Origin: Eubacteriales bacterium
Lineage (GTDB): Bacteria; Bacillota; Clostridia; Oscillospirales; CAG-272
Assembly: GCA_045655185.1 (NCBI GenBank)
Contig: JAZOOS010000026.1
Location: 9,505-73,504, forward strand
DNA: 64,000 nt
Direction: 5' to 3'
The notes below the pieces were generated by a model. That model was given only the letters and a program-made list of their open reading frames with translations. It was not told the origin of the DNA and did no database searches. The translations under genes were made by a program, and so were the position numbers. Positions 26,073 through 33,316 of the stretch are shown here, piece after piece (position 1 is the stretch's first letter; each line of letters starts with the position of its first letter).

Positions 26073-26294
26073 GGTTAGTGCAGAAAAAACGGCAAAGGCG
26101 TTTTTTCAATCGGTGTCGGCCAAAGCGCGAGCGGGCAGAGCCGAGCAGGCGCAGGCGATAGAACGCGACACACGACGCCGACAGGTTAGTGCAGAAAAAA
26201 CGGCAAAGGCGTTTTTTCAATCGGTGTCGGCCAAAGCGCGAGCGGGCAGAGCCGAGCAGGCGCAGGCGATAGAACGCGACACACGACGCCGACA
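26073..26294. repeat. perfect 111-bp tandem duplication
   Basis: GGTTAGTGCAGAAAAAACGGCAAAGGCGTTTTTTCAATCGGTGTCGGCC...GACGCCGACA occurs twice head-to-tail (26073-26183, 26184-26294), identical by eye. Confidence 0.9.
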
Positions 26295-26391
26295 GGTCGA
26301 GCATCGCTCGTCCGGTTTTTCCTCGTAGGCGCGTAGGGGCGACCATTGGTCGTCCGCTGAAATATGCGTTATAATAGGGGCGTAAACCGAT

Positions 26392-26420
26392 TTGACGGCG
26401 AGCGATTTTTGATGTATAAT
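26392..26420 (+). promoter_or_regulatory. promoter of toxin cassette 2
   Basis: TTGACG (26392-26397), 17 nt, TATAAT (26415-26420). Confidence 0.65.
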
Positions 26421-26433
26421 AAAGGAGAATACG

Positions 26434-26976
26434 ATGAGCTCTGTTACAGAAGCGAACCCTTACGTTTTGGGAAACAGCAAAACGTGGAAGAATTGGCAAG
26501 CAAAATATAAAGAGCCGAGAACCTGCCTGCCGTGCGAAGAAAAGCATGGGAAAATTTATCCCTTCACTTCAAGTTTTAAAATTCCCGAGCATTTGTTTTG
26601 CCGATGCGAAATTGTCCCGATGCGAACAAAGCAGGTGGGCACAGTAACCGACAAGGGCTTCGACGGCGCCGATGCTTGGTTGATGTATCGGGGTAGGTTG
26701 CCGGATTATTACGTTACGAAGGAAGAAGCAATGGCTTGTGGGTGGGATTACAGAAAGAAAAATCTTGCAGAAAAATGCCCCTGCAAAATGATAGGTGGAA
26801 ACATTTATCGGAATGATGACTTAAAACTTCCCACTTCTCCTGATAGGGAGTGGCGAGAAGCCGATTTCGATTTCGTATCTGGAAAAAGAAATCGAAAAAG
26901 AATTTTATATTCAAACGACGGGTTGATTTTTGTCAGCTATGATCACGCGCAAACCTTTTATGAACTAGTGAAATGA
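26434..26976 (+). CDS. mini-MuF - barnase-like RNase toxin (cassette 2)
   Basis: 180 aa. RTCLPCEEKHGKIYPF...IPEHLFCRCEIVP (MuF/SPP1 gp7 C-terminal core), then YVTKEEAMACGW...LKLP...WREADFDF...RKRILYSNDGLIFVSYDHAQTFYELVK (barnase-like, Glu/His pair present). Confidence 0.8.
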   Translation: MSSVTEANPYVLGNSKTWKNWQAKYKEPRTCLPCEEKHGKIYPFTSSFKIPEHLFCRCEIVPMRTKQVGTVTDKGFDGADAWLMYRGRLPDYYVTKEEAMACGWDYRKKNLAEKCPCKMIGGNIYRNDDLKLPTSPDREWREADFDFVSGKRNRKRILYSNDGLIFVSYDHAQTFYELVK

Positions 26977-26986
26977 GGTAAATCCA

Positions 26987-27313
26987 ATGCTTGAAACTTA
27001 CAGATACAGAGTTGATTTATCCAAAGCCAAAAACCATTGGGAGATACACGATATCTTGAAAGAAGCCTTGGATTTTCCCGATTATTACGCAGGACATCCG
27101 TATGCTCTGTGGGATTGCTTAACCGATATGCTGGGCGGGATCAATTACATAGAGATCTCGGGAATGGAAAACGTGAAAATGGTTTCCGCCGAAGATTATA
27201 AAGAGATTCTTTCCTTGCTAAAAGAAACCAAACATGCTTACGACGATAAATTTTCCGACCGCTTCTTCGTTACCATCGTTCACGAGGACGGCACGCGCGA
27301 AGAGATCCTGTGA
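26987..27313 (+). CDS. barstar-like immunity protein (cassette 2)
   Basis: 108 aa. ILKEALDFPDYYAGHPYALWDCLTDML; ends ...VHEDGTREEIL, like the other two copies. Confidence 0.8.
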   Translation: MLETYRYRVDLSKAKNHWEIHDILKEALDFPDYYAGHPYALWDCLTDMLGGINYIEISGMENVKMVSAEDYKEILSLLKETKHAYDDKFSDRFFVTIVHEDGTREEIL

Positions 27314-27338
27314 TAAAAAACGATCGCGCCAACAAAAC

Positions 27339-27373
27339 AAAAAAGAGCAGAACCGCGGTTCTGCTCTTTTTTT
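27339..27373. terminator. terminator palindrome family member
   Basis: AAAAAAGAGCAGAACC-GCGG-TTCTGCTCTTTTTTT. Confidence 0.7.
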
Positions 27374-27492
27374 GTGCCGCCGCTTCGGGAGAGCCCCTTT
27401 TTTATCGGTCGTTTTTCCTTGCGCGTATCTTGCAAAACGGCTCTTGGCGTGCTATACTGATACCGTAATTGTTTTTTTAAGGAGATGTTACT

Positions 27493-29187
27493 ATGAAACG
27501 CATTCTGCCCTTTTTGATCGTGTTGCTTGCCTTTGCTTGCGTTCTTTGCGCGTGTGATGACCCCGGTGACGGCGGCCCCGAGGCAGGCACCAAGCCGATG
27601 GGCAACAGCTGTACGCACAACTGGGAAATGTCGATGGATCCCCAAGAAGACAGCGAGGGCTCGATCAACTGTACCCTTTGCCACTATGGCGAAAGCTTCC
27701 CCGCGCTTTCCGATAGCCGCCTTACGGCAAGCGAGGATGGCGACGCAACGATTTACAGCTTCACGACCATGGACGGCTCTGTCGCTACCTACCGCTTTGA
27801 GCATTTTGTTTTCGAAGCGTGCGAGGGCGGGTATAACCTGATCGAATATCGCGGCAACAAGGCTGCCGTCGTGATCCCCTCGACCTACAACGGCCAGACG
27901 GTCGTTTCGGTCGGCCGTAACGATAGCTTCCCGATCTTTGATAGTGCTTCGATCACCTCGGTCACCTTCCCCGATTCGATCAGCGAGATCGAGGGCTATC
28001 TTTTCAGTACGAACTGCACGGCGCTGACGGGGCTGTATCTGCCCGCTACGGGGGATGATCTGACGATCAGAGGCCTCTTTATGGGGCAAAATATTCCGGT
28101 TAAGACGGTAACGGTTACCTCGGGCACGACGCTTGGCTTCTACTTCTTCGCCGAGTGTCAAAGCCTTGAAACCGTGTATCTTCCCTCGACCGTCCGCTCG
28201 ATCGGCTACGACGCCTTCGGCCAGTGCGATTCGCTTGACGTCGTCTATTTCGATTGCACGCTGGCCGAATACTGCGAGATCCTTTTCGACAACAATTGGT
28301 ATTCCGCCTCGCATCCGATGTATAACGCCGACACCTTTTACTTCAAGGATGAAAACGGCGAATACGTTACGGTCGGCGACGTTCTCGTGATTCCCGAGGG
28401 GGTCACGTCGATCAGCGCCAAGGCCTTTATGCATATGCCGATGCACACCCTCGTCCTGCCCGATTCGGTCACCGTGATCGGCGAAGAGGCCTTCCAGTAC
28501 TGCGAGAATCTTACGGCCGTGGTGCTGGGCACGGGTCTTCAATCGGTCGGCAAGAACGCGTTTTATCAGTCCTCCTCGCTTGAAACCGTGTATTATAAGG
28601 GCGATTACTCGGGCTGGCGTTACGTCCAAATCGATAACTCGGATAGCCCCAGCAACTATTACCTCCTCCACGCCGAAACCTATTACTACCAAGAAGAGGG
28701 CGACGTCTTTGATTACGCCAGGGGTGAGGTGCGCTGGCACTTTGACGAGAACGGCCTGCCCGTCCTCTGGAGCTTTGATCTGACCAACACGGTCGACGGC
28801 AAGACCTTCGTCCACGCCGGCACCGAGGTCGAGATCTCGGATGAATATTGGTACATGTTAGAGGCCGCCGAGGCGCAGGGCATGCTGGAATACGTCTTAG
28901 AGGGCGAGCAGCTCTTCTTCTATCAAAACAGCGAAACGAAAGAAGAGTTTGAAGAAAAGGTCCAAAACGCTATGAACGAGGATTACACCGCCCTTTCGAT
29001 CTCGTTTGCCGAGGGGCGCTTCACCGGTATCGACACCTACCCCGCCTCGTATATCGAGCTGGAGGGCGATAAGATCTACCGCGTTTCCAACGAAACCTTG
29101 GTCTTTACCATCGAAAACGGCAACCTCGTTTGGGATAATTCCAATGAGTATATTACCGTGATCACCACGCTTACCCTTTCGGAATAA
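27493..29187 (+). CDS. BspA-type leucine-rich repeat (LRR_5) lipoprotein
   Basis: 564 aa. Signal peptide plus lipobox (LLAFACVLCAC|DDP). Repeated ...IPSTV.SIG..AF..C.SL..V.. units (VYLPSTVRSIGYDAFGQCDSLDVVYF, LVLPDSVTVIGEEAFQYCENLTAVVLG). Confidence 0.75.
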   Translation: MKRILPFLIVLLAFACVLCACDDPGDGGPEAGTKPMGNSCTHNWEMSMDPQEDSEGSINCTLCHYGESFPALSDSRLTASEDGDATIYSFTTMDGSVATYRFEHFVFEACEGGYNLIEYRGNKAAVVIPSTYNGQTVVSVGRNDSFPIFDSASITSVTFPDSISEIEGYLFSTNCTALTGLYLPATGDDLTIRGLFMGQNIPVKTVTVTSGTTLGFYFFAECQSLETVYLPSTVRSIGYDAFGQCDSLDVVYFDCTLAEYCEILFDNNWYSASHPMYNADTFYFKDENGEYVTVGDVLVIPEGVTSISAKAFMHMPMHTLVLPDSVTVIGEEAFQYCENLTAVVLGTGLQSVGKNAFYQSSSLETVYYKGDYSGWRYVQIDNSDSPSNYYLLHAETYYYQEEGDVFDYARGEVRWHFDENGLPVLWSFDLTNTVDGKTFVHAGTEVEISDEYWYMLEAAEAQGMLEYVLEGEQLFFYQNSETKEEFEEKVQNAMNEDYTALSISFAEGRFTGIDTYPASYIELEGDKIYRVSNETLVFTIENGNLVWDNSNEYITVITTLTLSE

Positions 29188-29202
29188 AAAACGCCAATCG
29201 TA

Positions 29203-29235
29203 AAAAAGAGCAGAACCGAGGTTCTGCTCTTTTTA
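29203..29235. terminator. terminator palindrome family member
   Basis: AAAAAAGAGCAGAACC-GA-GGTTCTGCTCTTTTT. Confidence 0.7.
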
Positions 29236-29389
29236 CATCTATCCGCCGCGCGTTTTTTCTGCGGACGGCCGATGGCCGTTTCGTTGCGTTTTTCACCGTA
29301 GGGGCGAGCATCGCTCGTCCGCGCGAAACGGGCAAAGCGTTGTCCTCATTTGCGCCGAAATATGCGTTATAATAGGGGCGCAAGCCGAT

Positions 29390-29418
29390 TTGACGGCGAT
29401 CGATTTTTGATGTATAAT
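29390..29418 (+). promoter_or_regulatory. promoter of toxin cassette 3
   Basis: TTGACG (29390-29395), 17 nt, TATAAT (29413-29418). Confidence 0.65.
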
Positions 29419-29431
29419 AAAGGAGAATACG

Positions 29432-29974
29432 ATGAGCTCTGTTACAGAAGCGGATCCTTATGTTTTTGGAAACAGCAAAACGTGGAAGAATTGGCAAGCA
29501 AAATATAAAGAGCCGAGAACCTGCAAGCCGTGCGAGGATAAACATGGGAAGATCTATCCCTTTTCTTCAAGTTTAAAAATTCCCGAGCATTTGTTTTGCC
29601 GATGCGAAATTGTCCCGATGCGAACAAAGCAGGTGGGCACAGTAACCGACAAGGGCTTCGACGGCGCCGATGCTTGGTTGATGTATCGGGGCCGGTTGCC
29701 GGATTATTATGTTACGAAAGAAGAAGCGAAGGGGAAAGGGTTTCGCCGCAAAAAGCAAAACTTGGCAGATGTTCTTCCCGGTCAAATGATAGGGGGGGAT
29801 GAGTTTAGTAACGATCAAAGAAAATTGCCGGACGCACCAAACAGAAGATGGTACGAAGCCGATCTTGATTATACTTACGGAAAAAGAAATTTGAAAAGGA
29901 TTTTATATTCAAGTGACGGTTTGATTTTTGTAACGAAAGATCATTATCAAACATTTTACGAAGTAATAAAGTGA
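29432..29974 (+). CDS. mini-MuF - barnase-like RNase toxin (cassette 3)
   Basis: 180 aa. Closest of the three to Bacillus barnase: YVTKEEAKGKGF..KQNLADVLPGQMIGGDEFSNDQRKLPDAPNRRWYEADLDYTYGKRNLKRILYSSDGLIFVTKDHYQTFYEVIK. Confidence 0.85.
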   Translation: MSSVTEADPYVFGNSKTWKNWQAKYKEPRTCKPCEDKHGKIYPFSSSLKIPEHLFCRCEIVPMRTKQVGTVTDKGFDGADAWLMYRGRLPDYYVTKEEAKGKGFRRKKQNLADVLPGQMIGGDEFSNDQRKLPDAPNRRWYEADLDYTYGKRNLKRILYSSDGLIFVTKDHYQTFYEVIK

Positions 29975-29983
29975 GGGAAAGAG

Positions 29984-30301
29984 ATGGATAAATATGTTGT
30001 GGATTTTTCCGAAGTAACACATTACATCGAGATTCATGAAGCATTAAAGAAAGATTTGGATTTTCCCGATTATTACGGCGGGAACACCGATGCTTTATGG
30101 GATTGCTTGACCGATATGCTGGGCGATTCTTCGCATATTGAGCTTGTTGGCTTTGAAAAGGTAAAAGAACGCTATAAAAATGAATGGGAAGGCATCCTTC
30201 GAATTATGAAAAAAGCAAAGCATGCCTACGGCGGTAAATATGCAAACACATTTGTTGTCGTGTTAATACATGAGGACGGCACACGGGAAGAGATCCTATA
30301 A
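29984..30301 (+). CDS. barstar-like immunity protein (cassette 3)
   Basis: 105 aa. ALKKDLDFPDYYGGNTDALWDCLTDML. Confidence 0.85.
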   Translation: MDKYVVDFSEVTHYIEIHEALKKDLDFPDYYGGNTDALWDCLTDMLGDSSHIELVGFEKVKERYKNEWEGILRIMKKAKHAYGGKYANTFVVVLIHEDGTREEIL

Positions 30302-30326
30302 TAAAAATTAACCGTGCCAACAAAAT

Positions 30327-30357
30327 AAAAAGAGCAGAAATTTCTTCTGCTCTTTTT
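30327..30357. terminator. terminator palindrome family member (bidirectional)
   Basis: AAAAAGAGCAGAA-ATTTC-TTCTGCTCTTTTT. Confidence 0.7.
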
Positions 30358-30562
30358 ATTTTTCATCCGAAAGACCGATAAAATAATCGGCACTCACCTT
30401 GTAAAAATGACAAAGCTTTATTAGGTCATCAATTTTTAACTCGGCCCTTCCGTCCTCAATGTGACTGTATCCTTGTTGCGATTTGTTTATAACCGCGGCT
30501 ACCTCTCGTTGTGTTAGATCTCTGTCTTCCCGCAGGTTTCGCATCCTTGTTCTGTAATCCAT
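30356..30562 (-). CDS. XRE family HTH transcriptional regulator
   Basis: ORF 30356..30616. Preferred start MDYRTRMRNLREDRDLTQREVAAVINKSQQGYSHIEDGRAELKIDDLIKLCHFYKVSADYFIG. Confidence 0.8.
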   Translation of the reverse strand: MDYRTRMRNLREDRDLTQREVAAVINKSQQGYSHIEDGRAELKIDDLIKLCHFYKVSADYFIGLSDEK

Positions 30563-30609
30563 AAATGCCCCCCATTCCTTGCACCAGTAAAGATATAAAA
30601 AGTGTAGCA

Positions 30610-30655
30610 TACTCAAAAATTGAGTATTGACATTTACTCAAAGATTGAGTATAAT
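30610..30655 (+). promoter_or_regulatory. divergent promoter with two 17-bp palindromic operators
   Basis: TACTCAAAAATTGAGTA (30610-30626) and TACTCAAAGATTGAGTA (30635-30651), 25 bp apart. TTGACA (30627-30632), 17 nt, TATAAT (30650-30655). Confidence 0.65.
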
Positions 30656-30737
30656 GGGTTTGTTGCGGCAAACCATAGGCTTTATGCAAGGCTTCGCCGA
30701 TCAATACTTTATTATTTTGTGCATTTGGAGGAGAACG

Positions 30738-31391
30738 ATGAAAAAAGTTGTTTCAGCAATTCTGTTGGTGGCCATGCTGCTCTTGGCTGTCGGCTGCGAT
30801 GATCCCACCACCCCAAACTGTGAGCACGAATGGCAAAGCGCAACGTGCGAAAGCGCACAGTCTTGTTTGAAATGCTTTGAAACGAGAGGGGAGGCTTTGG
30901 GGCACACAACCGAAACGGGAAAGTGCTCTCGGTGCGGTTTAGTATTCAGCTCTTGGGAAATAAGTGAATACGTTGACGAATTTCAGCAACCAACGGGAGA
31001 AAAATTTGTAACGACGGATGCATATGGAACGTTTAGCAATAGTGCTACGACAAACTCGGAGTTATATGCGTGTGTACAGGTTACGACAGAAGATATAGCC
31101 ATTATGCTGTGGGAATACGGCAGCTATTTGGTGAAAGGTGTATATGACACAGACACTTATAGCATAACCGTATTGGATGAGAATGGAATTAAGCATTATT
31201 TTAATGGGGTCATGTATGAGGACGGAACCAGAATTTATATTTCGTCCGCACAGTACACAAAATTTCGTTCTTTATTGAAGAAACCACAAGAACTAAGTAT
31301 TTATTTAAAGTATTCCAAGTATACCACCTCAACCTATCTGTTTACGATTGAAACCGACGGCTTTTTCGATTTGTATTCAGAAATTCAATAA
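30738..31391 (+). CDS. hypothetical lipoprotein
   Basis: ORF 30627..31391. Start MKKVVSAILLVAMLLLAVGC|DDP (lipobox) after GGAGGAGAA. Cys/His-rich segment NCEHEWQSATCESAQSCLKCFE...GKCSRCG. Confidence 0.65.
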   Translation: MKKVVSAILLVAMLLLAVGCDDPTTPNCEHEWQSATCESAQSCLKCFETRGEALGHTTETGKCSRCGLVFSSWEISEYVDEFQQPTGEKFVTTDAYGTFSNSATTNSELYACVQVTTEDIAIMLWEYGSYLVKGVYDTDTYSITVLDENGIKHYFNGVMYEDGTRIYISSAQYTKFRSLLKKPQELSIYLKYSKYTTSTYLFTIETDGFFDLYSEIQ

Positions 31392-31411
31392 CGTTTAAAA
31401 GGAGACAAAAA

Positions 31412-31822
31412 ATGCACGACAAAAAACTTTTAGGCTCAACTTTGGTGCGCATAGCCCTTCTCTCAGCTGTTTTTGCTATCGTTTGCTTTTTTATGGGAAC
31501 GGGAGACTACGAAACCTATATAACCTACGGTGGCGATGCGTATACGGGGATGCAGAACGCATCGGCGCAAGCGGCCAATAACGTAAAAGCTTTGGCCGAA
31601 ATAGTTTCTATGGGCTTTGGCGCTCTTTTTCTGATCATCAGCAGTGTGCTTTTTGCGTTGGGGAAATATTACGGGGGCAAGGTTTTGGAAAAGAAAAAAA
31701 TACCCGAAGCTGAGCAAACCCCTGCCGTAAAGCAACATCAATGCCCTTGCTGCCGCGCGCTGATCCCATACGGAATAGAAGAGTGTCCCTCGTGTCATCA
31801 GCTTATTGAGTGGCCCTCGTGA
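31412..31822 (+). CDS. small membrane protein with C-terminal zinc ribbon (paralog of 22784..23131)
   Basis: 136 aa. C-terminal CPCCRALIPYGIEECPSCHQLIEWPS. The last 24 nt of coding sequence are identical to the paralog. Confidence 0.6.
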   Translation: MHDKKLLGSTLVRIALLSAVFAIVCFFMGTGDYETYITYGGDAYTGMQNASAQAANNVKALAEIVSMGFGALFLIISSVLFALGKYYGGKVLEKKKIPEAEQTPAVKQHQCPCCRALIPYGIEECPSCHQLIEWPS

Positions 31823-31834
31823 CAAAAGAAAACG

Positions 31835-31863
31835 AAAAGAGCAGAAATTTCTTCTGCTCTTTT
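31835..31863. terminator. terminator palindrome family member
   Basis: AAAAGAGCAGAA-ATTTC-TTCTGCTCTTTT. Confidence 0.7.
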
Positions 31864-31926
31864 CTTCTTGCTTTCTTCCCGCATTTGTGGTATAAAGAGA
31901 AAGGAATTTTTGAAAGGGGGGATCGT

Positions 31927-33285
31927 ATGAGCCGGGTCACCGATATGACGAGCGGGAATATAGCCGCGCGACTGTTAAGCTTTTCTTTTCCCCTGATCCT
32001 TTCGAATATCGGGCAGCAGCTCTATATGATCGCCGATGCTTCGATCGTAGGCTTGGGGCTGGGGGTACGGGCGCTTGCCGCCGTTGGCGCGACCGATTGG
32101 TGCTACTGGCTCTTTTTATGGACGGTCATCGGTACGACGGGGGCCTTCGCCACCTTTATCTCGCGCCATTTCGGGAATCACGATCTCGAGAAAATGAATC
32201 GCGCGATCGGTGCCTCGATCCGCCTTTGCGCCGTGATCGCCGCAATCGTTACCGCCGCGGGGCTTTTGTCGGCTTGGCCGCTGCTTCGCCTTCTTAACAC
32301 CCCCTCGGATATCATTGGGCAATCCGCCACCTATCTTCTTACGATGCTTGCGGGGCTGCCGATCGTTTTCGCTTATAATATGGCCGCCTCGATCCTACGC
32401 GCGCTGGGAGACGGGAAATCCCCGCTTTTTGCGATGCTGATCGCCGCCGTCCTTAACGTGGGGCTTGACCTTGTTTTCGTTTTAGTGCTCCCCTTCGGTG
32501 TGTTCGGCGCGGCGGCGGCCTCGCTGATCTCTCAGCTTTTTGCCTTCCTTTATTGCTTCTTGCGGATACGGAAAACCGAGGGGATCGACCTCTCGCGCGG
32601 GCGAGGGCGTCCGCTTCCCGGTATGCAAAAGGAGATGCTGGCGCTTGCCCTGCCGATCGCTTTGCAATATATCGTTTTGTCGCTTGGCGGGATCGTTCTT
32701 CAATCGACGGTTAACGTCCAAGGGAGTGTGTTCGTTGCGGGCTATACCGCCACCTCAAAGCTTTATGGGCTCTTGGAAGCGGTTTCGATCGCCCTCGGGA
32801 TGGCCTTTGCCACCTTTACGGCGCAAAATTACGGCGCGGGGAATTTCGGGCGGATCAAAAAAGGGATCTACGTCAGCAGCCTCTTGTGCCTGATCTTCGC
32901 GCTTCTTTTCGGCGCGCTCGTCCTTTTCCTTGGTGAAGGGATGCTTTCGCTCTTCCTTGACAAGGGGGACCCCGCCACCCCGCTTGCCCTGCCGATCGCG
33001 CTTCGCTTCTTGCGTATTCTCGGCGCGTTCCTCTTTGTTTTGTATTTGATCCATATCTTCCGCAACGTCTTGCAATCCATGGGCATCTCGCGCTGGTCGC
33101 TGCTTTCGGGCTTTTCGGAGTGCGCCGTGCGGATCCTGATGGCGAAGGTCTTTATCCTTCCTTTTTCGACCGACGCCCTCTTCTTTGCCGAGCCCGCCGC
33201 CTGGCTTGGCGCCCTGCTTACCGTCTGTATCCCCTATTTCTTCTATCAAGCAAAATGGGGGAAAGACAAAAGAACGGACGGATAG
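31927..33285 (+). CDS. MATE family efflux transporter
   Basis: ORF 31810..33285. Start MSRVTDMTSGNIAARLLSFSFPLILSNIGQQLYMIADASIVG. 12 TM segments. Confidence 0.8.
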   Translation: MSRVTDMTSGNIAARLLSFSFPLILSNIGQQLYMIADASIVGLGLGVRALAAVGATDWCYWLFLWTVIGTTGAFATFISRHFGNHDLEKMNRAIGASIRLCAVIAAIVTAAGLLSAWPLLRLLNTPSDIIGQSATYLLTMLAGLPIVFAYNMAASILRALGDGKSPLFAMLIAAVLNVGLDLVFVLVLPFGVFGAAAASLISQLFAFLYCFLRIRKTEGIDLSRGRGRPLPGMQKEMLALALPIALQYIVLSLGGIVLQSTVNVQGSVFVAGYTATSKLYGLLEAVSIALGMAFATFTAQNYGAGNFGRIKKGIYVSSLLCLIFALLFGALVLFLGEGMLSLFLDKGDPATPLALPIALRFLRILGAFLFVLYLIHIFRNVLQSMGISRWSLLSGFSECAVRILMAKVFILPFSTDALFFAEPAAWLGALLTVCIPYFFYQAKWGKDKRTDG

Positions 33286-33316
33286 TATCCTTCTGTATAA
33301 AACAAAAAGAGCAGAA

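Noticed and set aside
21150-31900. Calling the toxin-cassette region a prophage because of the MuF/SPP1 gp7-like segment.
   Set aside because: Only the last ~60 aa of a MuF-type domain is present. No terminase, portal, capsid, tail, integrase or lysis genes occur in this region, and the intervening genes are flotillin/NfeD, lipoproteins and regulators.
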